Shown piece after piece: positions 17,815 to 28,141 of a stretch of 64,000 nt of DNA (positions within the stretch are counted from its first letter, which is position 1; the number at the start of each line of letters is the position of its first letter). Origin of the DNA: Bdellovibrionota bacterium (lineage in GTDB: Bacteria > Bdellovibrionota > UBA1018 > CAIPTA01 > JAALKR01); the NCBI GenBank assembly GCA_965207455.1, contig CBDBMJ010000003.1, positions 224,001-288,000 on the forward strand, read 5' to 3'. The notes under the pieces were generated by a model. The model did not search any database, was not told where the DNA came from, and saw only the letters and a list, made by a program, of their open reading frames with translations. A program made the translations under genes and the position numbers.

Positions 17815-20191
17815 TTTCCAGTTCCACTATGGTGCAACCATCGCCTCCTTCTTCATTGGAGCCAGGGTGGAACTGCACTCCATAGGCACTATTTTTTAAA
17901 AAAAGTCGCGTGGCTTTCTTTAAAGCACCACTGCCATGACCATGAATAATGCGAACGGAAATCCTCGTACTCCGTACCGCTCGATCTAAAAATTCCTCTA
18001 GCCTAGTGGTGGCGTCTTCCACTCTTAGGCCAATGAGGTTTAGCTCCTCGGGGCAATCTGAAATAGAAAGCGAAGTGCGAGTGCCCGGAGAATGTTTTTT
18101 TTTGTTCTTAGTGCTGTCTTCCTCCAACAGAATAAGCTCATCCCAGGGTGCGCGTACTTTCATATTTCCCACCTGTACTTCGGCCTGTTTATTTTTAGGG
18201 TCGTTGAGAAGTTTTCCTTTCATCCGAAGGTTTTGGATTTTCACCACGGCGCCGACCCTCATAAATACATTTTTACTTTCCGTCTCTTTAGGGGTGCTTT
18301 GAAATTCCTGAGGCACCTCTATTGCTTTTGCTTGCAATAAACGACGACTTCCCTTCACCACCTCTTCATACATATGCGGAAGCTTTTCAAGCTTTCCCTT
18401 ATACTCCTGAACAATCGTACTGGCCTCTGCAAATGCCTGAGCTTTTATTTTTTTTATTTCTGCTTCAAAACGAATTCCCAGATTCTCTCTTTCCGACTGT
18501 ACTTTTTTCTGCATCTCAGTGGTTCTTTTTAATTCCCGTTCCATCTCGATTTTTTTTTCATCTAGCTCTTTACGTGCGCTCTCTATCTCACTTTCCTTGG
18601 ATTCTATTTTTGTAATCAAGTGATCAACCTTGCCATGGGAGTCCTGGAACCTACGGGTAGCGTCCTGTATAATTTTACTGGGAATCCCCAGCCTTTGGGC
18701 TGTTTCTATTGCCCAACTACTGCTGGGTATTCCTAGGCGTATCCTATACTTAGGTTCCATTTTTTTTACGTCGAACTCCATGGACGCGTGGAGAAGGTTT
18801 TCTGCCTCCATTTCCTTAAGTTCGCTAAAATGCGTGGTAACGAAAACAGTAACTCCCCTTTGGGTAAGCTCAGATAAGATGGCACCACTTAGGGCTGTGG
18901 CTTCTGCGGGGTCGGTGGAATTCAGTATCTCATCGATAAGAACCAAAGTAGAGGAATCCGCTATCTCTAAAATATTTTTAATAATAGCCACGCTGGAAGA
19001 AAAACTCGATAGGTGTTCCTCAATGTTTTGCTCGTCGCCTATCTGAACTAATACTTTTTTAAAATACGGAATGGTGGAATTTTCTCCACAGGGAAGAAGA
19101 AAACCACAACGACTCATCATTGCTAAAAGCCCCATTGCCTTGAGTAGCACCGTTTTTCCTCCCGTATTGGGACCAGATATAATAACACAATGGGTGTCTG
19201 GAGGAATAAGAACAGAATTTGTTACCAATTCTTCCGCAGGCAAAAGTTTTCTCAGTAGGGGATGGTACAGATCCAACAATTCCATTGTAGAAGAGAAGGT
19301 AACGGGAGTGGCATGTTTATAGGACTGGAAATCTTGGGCAAAACGGGCACGACCCAACGTTAAATCTATACGTATAGTGCTATTATAATTCTCCCATAAC
19401 ACCTCCGAGTGGGGTACGAGTTTCCCGGTAAGCTCATGGAGAATTTTATATACTTCTTCTTCGATGTCGATTTGTATTTGTCGAATTTTGTCGTTCCAGT
19501 CCCTTAGGGCAAAGGGCTCCACGTATGCTGTGGCCCGACTGGTGCTGGACTCAAAAGATAATCCAGGGACTTGTTTTCTATACGCCCTTTTAATGGGGAT
19601 CACATACCTGCCGTCTCGTATGTCGAAGTACTGATCTTGGGCTATTCCTGCTCGAATGGCTCGTCGTAGAATTTTCTCCACAGCCTCCCGAGCTCGCTCA
19701 TGGGCTTTTTGCTCCTCCCGTCGGAGTTTTCCTAGCCTTGAGCTAGCTGAATCTTTCACACCACCATCGGGTTCAATGCAATGACTGATCTTTTTTTGCA
19801 GATCTGGGAAGCTCGTAATGGAGGACGCGAGTGCGTGACATTCGGGAAATTTATCCTTTGTTTTTTGAAAAACCTGGCGCACCTGGTGGCTAATTTCCAT
19901 CAATTTCGCAAAGGCATGGAGCTCTTGACCCGTAAGGCACGCAGCTTTAGCCAATCGCTGAAAGGGGGTGGCCATTTCCTGCAAGCTGGAAATAGGAGGA
20001 AATTGCTCCATCTCTATTATACCTAAGCCTTCCTGGGAAAGCTGGAGTAGCTTTTCAGATTCTGCCTGCTCATCGGGAATCTCTAAGTGCAGGGCCTGCA
20101 ATTTAGCTGGGAGACTTGCGCAAAATCCGCTATACTGCTCTAAGAAGCGAAACCATTCTAAGGACTGCAGGGAAGATTTAATTATGTCCAC
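17807..20191 (-). CDS. mutS2: Endonuclease MutS2 (RqcU-type, with KOW and Smr domains)
   Basis: ISGPNTGGKT Walker A, IGDEQNIEEHLSSFS, LIDE, TTHF, KOW-like segment, Smr IIHGHGSGALK; GTG start at 20191 chosen from the promoter position. Confidence 0.93.
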   Translation of the reverse strand: MDIIKSSLQSLEWFRFLEQYSGFCASLPAKLQALHLEIPDEQAESEKLLQLSQEGLGIIEMEQFPPISSLQEMATPFQRLAKAACLTGQELHAFAKLMEISHQVRQVFQKTKDKFPECHALASSITSFPDLQKKISHCIEPDGGVKDSASSRLGKLRREEQKAHERAREAVEKILRRAIRAGIAQDQYFDIRDGRYVIPIKRAYRKQVPGLSFESSTSRATAYVEPFALRDWNDKIRQIQIDIEEEVYKILHELTGKLVPHSEVLWENYNSTIRIDLTLGRARFAQDFQSYKHATPVTFSSTMELLDLYHPLLRKLLPAEELVTNSVLIPPDTHCVIISGPNTGGKTVLLKAMGLLAMMSRCGFLLPCGENSTIPYFKKVLVQIGDEQNIEEHLSSFSSSVAIIKNILEIADSSTLVLIDEILNSTDPAEATALSGAILSELTQRGVTVFVTTHFSELKEMEAENLLHASMEFDVKKMEPKYRIRLGIPSSSWAIETAQRLGIPSKIIQDATRRFQDSHGKVDHLITKIESKESEIESARKELDEKKIEMERELKRTTEMQKKVQSERENLGIRFEAEIKKIKAQAFAEASTIVQEYKGKLEKLPHMYEEVVKGSRRLLQAKAIEVPQEFQSTPKETESKNVFMRVGAVVKIQNLRMKGKLLNDPKNKQAEVQVGNMKVRAPWDELILLEEDSTKNKKKHSPGTRTSLSISDCPEELNLIGLRVEDATTRLEEFLDRAVRSTRISVRIIHGHGSGALKKATRLFLKNSAYGVQFHPGSNEEGGDGCTIVELENV

Positions 20192-20197
20192 CGAGAC

Positions 20198-20226
20198 AGT
20201 ATAACAAATAGAACTATGTCTCTCAA
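20198..20226 (-). promoter_or_regulatory. Sigma70-type promoter for mutS2 (leaderless arrangement)
   Basis: TTGAGA-17-TATACT with a TG extension, 6 nt before GTG 20191; no SD sequence. Confidence 0.55.
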
Positions 20227-21658
20227 TTGGCAAGAACTGGAAAAGGTAATTTCTGAGGTAAATCCCTTAGTGCTAGGTTCCAGCGTACAAAAAATCGCCC
20301 AAACGGCTAGTTTTGCCCTTGGGGAGTCCGTTGTTTTTCATACTTACTCTAGTGGCGCAGGCACTCAGCGCCTGATTTTTAGCTGCAATAACCTCTGTAC
20401 TGGGCTGTTTCTGGCTCCATCCCGATCCGTCAAGATAGATTCCCCCCCCTCTCCCAGTACATTTATCATGGTTTTGCGCAAGCACCTTATGGGAACGCGC
20501 CTAAAAACCATTCATCAGAACCCGGGCGACAGGATGGTTTCTTTCTTTTTTGAAAATGGGAGGGTACTCATTGGGGAATTTATTCCCAGAAGATCGAATC
20601 TCCTATTGTTGGCCTCTCAGGATCAGAATACGGGGAAATACCTTGCGAGTTTCAGGAGCGTGCGACTAAATACGGGAGGACTCTATCCCCTGCCCAAGGC
20701 CATGGGCACAAGTCCTAAAGAAGTACGAAGTTTTAACGAATTTCCAGGCGCTACTTACCCGGAAAAGACCTTTCATTATTTCCATTCCTACTTCCTTACT
20801 GCCACTTTTTCTAAAAAAAAGTCAGCTTATTTACAAAAAATTCGATCCCAGAAAAAGAAACTCCAAACGGCAATAAAGAATCTCAACAAAGATGAAGAAA
20901 AAATAAAAGGACTGGACTCTATGCAGGAATCAGCCCATGCCTTGCAAGAGAAATTATATGAGTTTGGTGCCAAGAACTTTCCCAAAGAGTTAACTGTCAA
21001 TATATCTCTCCTGTCCAGTGAAAAGAAAATCACTGTGAGCTTAGATAAAAAATTAACATTTGCAGAAAATCTCAATACTCTTTTCCAAAGAATAAAAAAA
21101 ATAAAAAGAGCCAGTGGGGAAATTCATAGTCGGATGATGGGTTTGGAGGAAAAAAAATCTTATTTAGAGGATTTAGAATCAAAGGTTGAAGGATCTAATA
21201 ACGAAGAAGAAATGCAATTATTCCACAAAGATCTGGAAAAACTCCAGGATCCCAAGAGACTACAAACAAGTAAAAAATCTAAAGATTATTTGGAAATTGT
21301 TTCCAGCGACGGGTTTGTTATTTTTTGCGGAAGAAATGAAAAAGAAAATCGATTGGTTACTTTTAAGGTGGCTAAGGGAAATGACCTATGGTTACACTTA
21401 AGAGGTGCCCCAGGTGCCCATGTGTTGATTAAATCTCAAAAAAAGAAGACAGTGCCCTTATCCACATTATTGGAAGCAGCTCAGTTGGTATTGTATTATA
21501 GTAAAGCACGAAAGGGAAAGCATGACGTGGACTATACCTTCCGCAAAAACGTGCGAGCTATTAAATATACGGTTGCTAAGGTTACCTATACGGAAAATAA
21601 GGTTTTGTACATTGAATCCGACGTGGAAAAGCTAAGAAAGCTTCTTCAGAGTCAATAG
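20216..21658 (+). CDS. rqcH: NFACT-family ribosome quality control factor (RqcH/FbpA-like)
   Basis: NFACT-N LRKHL...GDRMV...GEFI; coiled coil; NFACT-R GRNEKEN, WLHLRGAPGAHV, LLEAAQL, VDYT. Confidence 0.8.
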   Translation: MSLNWQELEKVISEVNPLVLGSSVQKIAQTASFALGESVVFHTYSSGAGTQRLIFSCNNLCTGLFLAPSRSVKIDSPPSPSTFIMVLRKHLMGTRLKTIHQNPGDRMVSFFFENGRVLIGEFIPRRSNLLLLASQDQNTGKYLASFRSVRLNTGGLYPLPKAMGTSPKEVRSFNEFPGATYPEKTFHYFHSYFLTATFSKKKSAYLQKIRSQKKKLQTAIKNLNKDEEKIKGLDSMQESAHALQEKLYEFGAKNFPKELTVNISLLSSEKKITVSLDKKLTFAENLNTLFQRIKKIKRASGEIHSRMMGLEEKKSYLEDLESKVEGSNNEEEMQLFHKDLEKLQDPKRLQTSKKSKDYLEIVSSDGFVIFCGRNEKENRLVTFKVAKGNDLWLHLRGAPGAHVLIKSQKKKTVPLSTLLEAAQLVLYYSKARKGKHDVDYTFRKNVRAIKYTVAKVTYTENKVLYIESDVEKLRKLLQSQ

Positions 21659-22591
21659 TTTCTTTGCTGCCAGAAAAGGGTCTTGCTCACCCCTTGCCAC
21701 CTGCTCAATTAAGTCCAGCCCACTTTTCGTTTGAAAGAAACGGGTGGAAGCTCTGGTAACCATGTCTGAGGCTATATTCATCAGTATGGTACGCGCAAAT
21801 CGATGATTTTTTTCTTTTATTTCACCCGACTTTTTTAAAAACCTGTAGTGCTCTTCTATGGATTGGTATAGTTCAGAAATGCCCTGGTTCTTTTCTGCCA
21901 CAGTTTTTGTGATGGGCACACTCCACGAACCTTTCGCTCCATGGGATAACTCTAAACTCATGGTTAGGCTTTTTATAATGTGATCGGAGCCAACACGATC
22001 GCATTTGTTTACATTTAAAATATCTGCTATTTCCAAAATGCCGGCTTTCATCATTTGCACTTCATCTCCACTCTCAGGAACGAGCACAACAACGTTGGTG
22101 TGAGTAACACCTAAAATCCCTAGTTCCGTTTGGCCCACTCCCGCTGTTTCTAAAATGACTAAATCAAAACCAGCTGCATCCAACAACATCACAGCCTTTT
22201 GGGATGTTCGGGATAAACCGCCCTGCCCACCCCGGGTTCCAATGCTACGTATGAAAACATTTTCATCCCCAGCGTGTGCTTGCATACGGATACGATCTCC
22301 TAAAATTGCTCCTCCACTAAAAGGGGAACTTGGGTCTACACAAAGCACGGCTACTTTTTTCTTTTTCTCTCGCGCCAAGTATATCAACTTATCTATTAGA
22401 GTGGATTTTCCTGCTCCAGGAGGACCTGTTATACCAACTAAGTGAGCTTTTCCCGTATGGGGATAGATTGTAGCTATAATATCGTCGATATTTTCTTCTT
22501 GATTTTCCACAAGGGAGATTAAGCGAGCGATGCTAAACATGTCTCCTTGAAAAAATTTCTTCACTAATTCTTTGCTAATCACCGAGGTCAT
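21632..22591 (-). CDS. meaB: Methylmalonyl-CoA mutase-associated GTPase
   Basis: GITGPPGAGKST, VDPSSPFSGGAILGDRIRM, ETAGVGQTE, KAGILEIAD, NKCD. Confidence 0.92.
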   Translation of the reverse strand: MTSVISKELVKKFFQGDMFSIARLISLVENQEENIDDIIATIYPHTGKAHLVGITGPPGAGKSTLIDKLIYLAREKKKKVAVLCVDPSSPFSGGAILGDRIRMQAHAGDENVFIRSIGTRGGQGGLSRTSQKAVMLLDAAGFDLVILETAGVGQTELGILGVTHTNVVVLVPESGDEVQMMKAGILEIADILNVNKCDRVGSDHIIKSLTMSLELSHGAKGSWSVPITKTVAEKNQGISELYQSIEEHYRFLKKSGEIKEKNHRFARTILMNIASDMVTRASTRFFQTKSGLDLIEQVARGEQDPFLAAKKLLTLKKLS

Positions 22592-23100
22592 TATCTTAAT
22601 TCCTGCACTTTTTTAATAAGGTCTGTGGTGGAGCGACCATTTCTAAAGGAAAGAGATTTTACTTTCCCACCGTGCATTTTTACAAATCGTGCGCCAACAA
22701 TTTCGTCCTCAGACCAATCCCCTCCCTTTACTAAGTACTGAGGTTTTATTTTTTCTATCAACGCTTGCGGCGTATTACTTGAAAACCAGGTCACAACGTC
22801 CACGCACTCTAGGGCAGCCAGCATTTCAGCCCGATCTTTCAGGGGCACTAGCGGGCGTTGCTCTCCCTTGAGGCGACGAATGGAAGCATCTGTATTCAAT
22901 GCCACCAATAAGATATCTCCCATCTTTCGCGCTTCCGATAGGTAGGTAATATGCCCCAAGTGCAAGAGATCAAAACAGCCGTTAGTAAAAACTATTTTTT
23001 TCTTTTTCTTTTGTAATTTTTCCACCCAAGTGACAACCAGTTTAGGAGAAAAGATCTTTTGGGAAGTCTGCAAGCTCGTATGAGTGCGGGATTGTTTCAT
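22591..23100 (-). CDS. rfaE2: D-glycero-beta-D-manno-heptose 1-phosphate adenylyltransferase (RfaE domain II)
   Basis: VFTNGCFDLLHLGH, LNTDASIRRLKG, VKGGDW, RSTT. Confidence 0.92.
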   Translation of the reverse strand: MKQSRTHTSLQTSQKIFSPKLVVTWVEKLQKKKKKIVFTNGCFDLLHLGHITYLSEARKMGDILLVALNTDASIRRLKGEQRPLVPLKDRAEMLAALECVDVVTWFSSNTPQALIEKIKPQYLVKGGDWSEDEIVGARFVKMHGGKVKSLSFRNGRSTTDLIKKVQELR

Positions 23101-23107
23101 TTGTCCC

Positions 23108-23731
23108 CTACTCCTTATGGACCAAAGAGGTAGTAACCCGATCATGCCAAGGGCGACGCCTAGAATCCCATAATGCGCTCATGGGCCCTGCCCCCACTGC
23201 CAAGAAGGAAAGAAAAAAACAAGCCATTCTCTTGCTAGCAATGGCAAAGCTAATGGGCTTATATCCGGGGCCATCCTCCACAACGGTTAGGCGTAAAAAC
23301 ATTTTTCCCAGGGTTTGTCCCCCAACGCCCTCTCCTAAAAGGAAATATCCGATATGTACAGCGAGAGCATAGAGCAGGCAAAGCACGGGATTATGGACGA
23401 AAAAATTCCAACCTGCCCGTGGTGCATTGATATAAAAAACAAAAAAAAGCATTCCATTAACAATGGAAAGATCGATACAAAACGCACTCAAACGATCGAA
23501 AAGAACGGCAAACTTCAAGGGCTCTTCCCTCTTTTTTCTAGTGAAGGGGTATGGAGTGGTGGCAGCCACCACAGTGGGTTTTGGAATTCTGGGAGGATTG
23601 GGGTAAAGACCAAGACCATCGTTAAGCGCAGAGAAGCGGAGTTGCTCCTCTGTAATCGCCTCCAAATCCTGAAGGTAGGGAGAACTTATTGACTCTGCTT
23701 CCTCTAGTTTTTCTGTTTCTTCCTTTGCCAT
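23108..23731 (-). CDS. RDD-family membrane protein
   Basis: RLSAFCID, GQTLGKMFLRL, RRPWHDRV. Confidence 0.85.
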   Translation of the reverse strand: MAKEETEKLEEAESISSPYLQDLEAITEEQLRFSALNDGLGLYPNPPRIPKPTVVAATTPYPFTRKKREEPLKFAVLFDRLSAFCIDLSIVNGMLFFVFYINAPRAGWNFFVHNPVLCLLYALAVHIGYFLLGEGVGGQTLGKMFLRLTVVEDGPGYKPISFAIASKRMACFFLSFLAVGAGPMSALWDSRRRPWHDRVTTSLVHKE

Positions 23732-23745
23732 AAAATACTTTTCAC

Positions 23746-25308
23746 TTATTGATGGTTTTTATTTCCAATAACTCGCTCTGCTTCCTCTCTTTTTCCAATC
23801 ATGGAAAGGGCATGCCAACTGCCATTGGGGAAAAGCACTGTGCCTTCTAGGTTCGATCGATAGACCACAAAATTATTATTGTGCCACAAACTAATATAGG
23901 GGAGATCCCGGGCTATAATTTTTTGGACTTTATCATAAGCCCTCTTTCTTTTCTTCCGATCCATTGTGCCTTTGGCAATTTCCAAATAGCGATCCAGTTC
24001 TTTACTACTATAGTTGGTGCGATTATTCCTTTCCCTTTCTTCAGAGTGGAAGACATTAAAGAAGTGCTCAGGCAGGGTTACGCCCACCCAACGGAGTAAG
24101 AACATTTCCGTATTTCGTGCCTTTACGTCGCCATAGAACGTTCCCCATTCAAACGCTTGGTGCTTTATAATAAGACCAGATCTTTCCAGTTGACTCTTTA
24201 TTGCCACTGCATTATCCATAACCAGTTTATTTGTTGTAGTCTTTAAGCTCAAAGTCAGCTTAGGTTTATTATTTTCCCCGTTGTAGTATCCTGCCTCATC
24301 TAAAAGTTTTTTAGCGAGTGCTAAATTCATTTTAATGGGACGAAGTTTTTTATTATAATACCAGTTTGTTTCTGAAAGTATGCTCGATGCTGGTGTAGCC
24401 ATCCCACTAAGTTTGTATTTAATAATGGCAGGAACATCTAAACTGTAGGCAATTGCTTGGCGCACCTTTAGCTTCTTTAGCGCTGGATTTGCCATATTTA
24501 ATCCCATGTACTGATAGGCAATTCCTTTACCTACGATGGCTCGAACTTCTGGAAATTTATTTATCGTTATTTGCTGTAATTTTTTATAGTCTAAATCATT
24601 TAAGATAATGTCTATCTCGCCTTTCTGTAATTTCAAATACCGGGACAGATCTTCCCTTACTACCTTCACATGAATTTTAGGAGACGGAGGCAGGGGAAGG
24701 CAGTTGGTTTCAAATCTTTTTAATTTCACACCGCTAGAGTTATTTTCAAAAACAGCGTACGGTCCAGCACCCACCGGGAACTTTAGAAACTTCTCCTCAT
24801 TATAGCTCTCCGTGGGAATAATTTTCAAGAGAGAAAGATCGGTGAGAAGCTGAGGCTCTATGTCCTTGGTGTGTAGGCGAAACGTTTGTGGACCCCGTTT
24901 TTCAAAACGTGTAATTCTCTGAAACGCTTTCATAAATGGAGATTTATTTTTAGGGTCGCTATAAAACAGTATATTTTTCTCTATATCATCCACTGTTATT
25001 TCCCTACCATTGTGGAAGCGACAACCCTTGCGCAAAGTAAATTCAATACTTCGGTCGGTCAAAATCTTAAATTTTTCTGCCAAGTGGGGCACAGGCACAA
25101 GTTCTGTGCCAATTTTTGTAAGACCAGCATGGACTAATTGTCCAATATGTTGGGAATTCGCAGTGGTGGCACGAAGGGGGTCCAGTGTTTGCTGAGGACT
25201 GGTGATTGCTGTAACGAGAGTGTCTTGGGGAGAGCGGTAGTTCTGTGTGCAGGACACAAAAGCGAGTAAACAGGGTAAAAAGAAAAAACCTTTTTTAAAA
25301 TAAATCAT
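23746..25308 (-). CDS. Peptide/nickel ABC transporter substrate-binding lipoprotein (family 5)
   Basis: Lipobox FVSC; TLDP, FTLRKGCRFHNG, PVGAGPY, VRQAIAY; GGAGG SD upstream. Confidence 0.9.
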   Translation of the reverse strand: MIYFKKGFFFLPCLLAFVSCTQNYRSPQDTLVTAITSPQQTLDPLRATTANSQHIGQLVHAGLTKIGTELVPVPHLAEKFKILTDRSIEFTLRKGCRFHNGREITVDDIEKNILFYSDPKNKSPFMKAFQRITRFEKRGPQTFRLHTKDIEPQLLTDLSLLKIIPTESYNEEKFLKFPVGAGPYAVFENNSSGVKLKRFETNCLPLPPSPKIHVKVVREDLSRYLKLQKGEIDIILNDLDYKKLQQITINKFPEVRAIVGKGIAYQYMGLNMANPALKKLKVRQAIAYSLDVPAIIKYKLSGMATPASSILSETNWYYNKKLRPIKMNLALAKKLLDEAGYYNGENNKPKLTLSLKTTTNKLVMDNAVAIKSQLERSGLIIKHQAFEWGTFYGDVKARNTEMFLLRWVGVTLPEHFFNVFHSEERERNNRTNYSSKELDRYLEIAKGTMDRKKRKRAYDKVQKIIARDLPYISLWHNNNFVVYRSNLEGTVLFPNGSWHALSMIGKREEAERVIGNKNHQ

Positions 25309-25384
25309 TCTTACACTCCTCCAGTACAAAAACTAGGTTATACTTATAGACAGTCAACCTTGATTTTTTGAGTTTAATAAGCCC

Positions 25385-26845
25385 ATGCAACGCATAGCCA
25401 TATTTCTTGTAGTATCCTTTATTTTACCTCTAAAAGCAAGGAGCACCCCCATCAAGCTCGATGCCCTAAAAGTCCTATTTGAAAAACAAATTAGTAAGCT
25501 ACCCAAGCAAATCAGCCTTTCCATGCTTGTGGAAACCGCAGGAGATAGAAAGGTCATCTACTCCCATAAAAAGAACACAGCATTGGTACCTGCCTCCTCC
25601 ATGAAACTACTCACCTCCAGCGCAGCACTTGAAATCATGGGACCTGCCCACACGCTCAAAACCCGGGTTTTGCTAGAGGGCACTCGTAAAGGAGATACCC
25701 TAGATGGACACCTAGTACTCGTGGGCAATGGAGATCCATACTTAGTCAGTGAACGCCTTTGGCTCTTAGCGAGAGCTATTGCCCGCACGGGTATAAAAAA
25801 AATTACCGGCGGTATTAAAGTAAATAATGAATATTTTCCTGAAAACGACACATTACTAAACTTAGCCGGAAAGGGCGAACCCTATGCTGCAAAGCTGGCT
25901 GCCACTAGCTTTAATTTTAATAGCTTGGAATTGCATGCCTCAGTTGGAAACAAAAAAGAAAAAGTAATCGTGCATTTAGGCCCGGTGGAACATGGCTATG
26001 GCAAAATCATCAATGATGTGAGACTAGTTCCCGGAAAAACGAAATCTGTCCGAGTGACATCAAAGGGACGAAAAAAAGGAATAGAAACATTTCGTCTATC
26101 GGGAAATTTGGGAAGAGAAGCCTCTCCCCTTGTGCTCTACTATCCAGTGGAAGATACATCAGCCTATATCAGCCATGTCTTAGCCGCTATGTTGAAAAAA
26201 GAAAGCATTGAAATAAAAATCCCTTATGCAGGAAACACTAATTTTGATTCTGGAAAGGAACTCACAAAAATTGAAAGTCCTCCTCTCACCACGCTCCTAC
26301 GCCTAATGAATACTTATAGTAATAACTTTATGGCAGAACAGTTCTTTTATATAATGGGTGCTATTAAGCACGGAGCACCAGCAACGAAAGAAAAATCCAA
26401 ACAAGTACTAGATGAGTCCTTAAAAAAAATACCCGAATGTAGAAAAGACACTATCTTTGCAGACAACGGCTCCGGGTTCAGTTGGAAAAGTCGGATAAGT
26501 GCTGCCTGCCTAGTGGGCAGCTTGCAAAAAAGCTACCGAAAGTTTCGTGGCTTTGCCGATTTAATTGGAAGCATGCCCATTGGTGCCAATACGGGCACCC
26601 TAAAAAAACGATTCCATGGCTTTGATTCTTCCTGGTTCCACCCAACAAAAGTGCGTGCAAAAACAGGAACACTTTGGAGTCAAGGTGCTGTTACCTCCAT
26701 CGTCGGATTTACTTCCTCCTACTCTGGCGAGCCTCTAGTATTCTCTTTACTACTAAACCATAAGGAATCGGGCAGTAAGCCCATTTTACCAATGCGAAAT
26801 TGGGAAGAGAAAATAATTAGTCTTTTACAAAAGGTGACTTTGTAA
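25385..26845 (+). CDS. dacB: D-Ala-D-Ala carboxypeptidase/endopeptidase PBP4 (peptidase S13)
   Basis: PASSMK (SxxK), GNGDP, SNN (SxN), DNGSG, AKTGTL. Confidence 0.92.
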   Translation: MQRIAIFLVVSFILPLKARSTPIKLDALKVLFEKQISKLPKQISLSMLVETAGDRKVIYSHKKNTALVPASSMKLLTSSAALEIMGPAHTLKTRVLLEGTRKGDTLDGHLVLVGNGDPYLVSERLWLLARAIARTGIKKITGGIKVNNEYFPENDTLLNLAGKGEPYAAKLAATSFNFNSLELHASVGNKKEKVIVHLGPVEHGYGKIINDVRLVPGKTKSVRVTSKGRKKGIETFRLSGNLGREASPLVLYYPVEDTSAYISHVLAAMLKKESIEIKIPYAGNTNFDSGKELTKIESPPLTTLLRLMNTYSNNFMAEQFFYIMGAIKHGAPATKEKSKQVLDESLKKIPECRKDTIFADNGSGFSWKSRISAACLVGSLQKSYRKFRGFADLIGSMPIGANTGTLKKRFHGFDSSWFHPTKVRAKTGTLWSQGAVTSIVGFTSSYSGEPLVFSLLLNHKESGSKPILPMRNWEEKIISLLQKVTL

Positions 26846-26866
26846 CTTTAGAAGGAGCAACACAGA

Positions 26867-28132
26867 ATGAATAAAAAAATATTATTTTTATGTTCTTGGA
26901 TGTGGATGCTAGCAACCCCTTCACAAACATGGGCCGATACAAGGACTCCATTCCAAAGTCATAAAATCTTAAAGGACTCTTTCCAGTACGGCTCCATAAA
27001 AACAGAGAAAGCCCTGCACTCTAGAGTAAGATTCTGGATAAACATATTCACCCAACTCCATAACTGGGAAATCCTACTCCACGATTCCCTCTTCCCCAAC
27101 ATCATATATGAATCGATTAATGTTAAGGATATTGAAGAAAATAAAAAAATCAGCAATAGAACAAAAAGAAGACAAATCGCAAAAAAAATTAAAGATAGAA
27201 GGAAGTATTATTCTAAGCTTTTAACGGATTTATATTTCAAGCACTCCTCGGGCAATCCAGAAAAAGCAACCATGACGGAAGATGAGCTTCGCGTCTACGA
27301 ACAGTATACAAAAAGAAAACTCCACCATAGAGAAATCCTTGCTGCCTCTGAAAAAAAACGTTTTCGTACTCAGAGAGGACTAAAGGAAAATTTCATCCAA
27401 GGGATCTACGAGTCGGGCAGATATATGCCGAAAATCCAAAGAATTATGAGTCGCCATAATCTTCCTCCAGAAATCTCCTACCTACCCTTTTTAGAGTCAA
27501 GCTTTAATAATAACGCTCTATCAAGAGTAGGCGCCTCTGGAATCTGGCAATTCATGCCCAGTACTGGAAAATTATTTCTCCGCGTGGACAAGATAGTAGA
27601 TGAAAGAAACGACCCCCTAAAAGCAGCAGAAGCTGCTGCACTCCTTATCGCCTCCAATTATAAGGCACTCCAAGCCTGGCCTCTTGCCATCACAGCCTAT
27701 AATCACGGTAAATCTGGAATGTTAAGCGCTGTTAGAGCTACTAAAACAAGATCCCTAGCCTCCATTATTGAAAAATATAACGGTAAGCGCTTTCAATTTG
27801 CCTCTAAAAATTTCTTTAGTGCTTTTGTGGCTAGCCTCCATACCGCAAAAAATAGTACTTTTTATTTTGGAAAAATTGGTAGTGCAGAGGTAATAAACTT
27901 TGAAGAATTTATTATGCAAGATTATATGAGCCTCAAGACACTGGCTCATTTCACAGGCATTGAACCAGATGAACTCAAAAAATATAACCCTGCTCTTACG
28001 AAACCTGTTCAAAACTATAAAAAATATATACCCGTGGGCTATACTCTTCGAGTGCCTTTAGCTAATAAAAATGATTTTTTAGCACGCTATAAGGCAATTC
28101 CTCCTCAATATAAATTTTCTCGACAAAAATAA
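26867..28132 (+). CDS. MltD-like lytic murein transglycosylase with a C-terminal LysM-like region
   Basis: LPFLESSF, GASGIWQFMPSTG, DERNDP, WPLAITAYNHG, LKKYNPAL. Confidence 0.88.
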   Translation: MNKKILFLCSWMWMLATPSQTWADTRTPFQSHKILKDSFQYGSIKTEKALHSRVRFWINIFTQLHNWEILLHDSLFPNIIYESINVKDIEENKKISNRTKRRQIAKKIKDRRKYYSKLLTDLYFKHSSGNPEKATMTEDELRVYEQYTKRKLHHREILAASEKKRFRTQRGLKENFIQGIYESGRYMPKIQRIMSRHNLPPEISYLPFLESSFNNNALSRVGASGIWQFMPSTGKLFLRVDKIVDERNDPLKAAEAAALLIASNYKALQAWPLAITAYNHGKSGMLSAVRATKTRSLASIIEKYNGKRFQFASKNFFSAFVASLHTAKNSTFYFGKIGSAEVINFEEFIMQDYMSLKTLAHFTGIEPDELKKYNPALTKPVQNYKKYIPVGYTLRVPLANKNDFLARYKAIPPQYKFSRQK

Positions 28133-28141
28133 GAATGTAAA

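Noticed and set aside
21632..22591. meaB without an adjacent mutase as a novel system
   Set aside because: meaB is frequently unlinked from its mutase; nothing else unusual is visible
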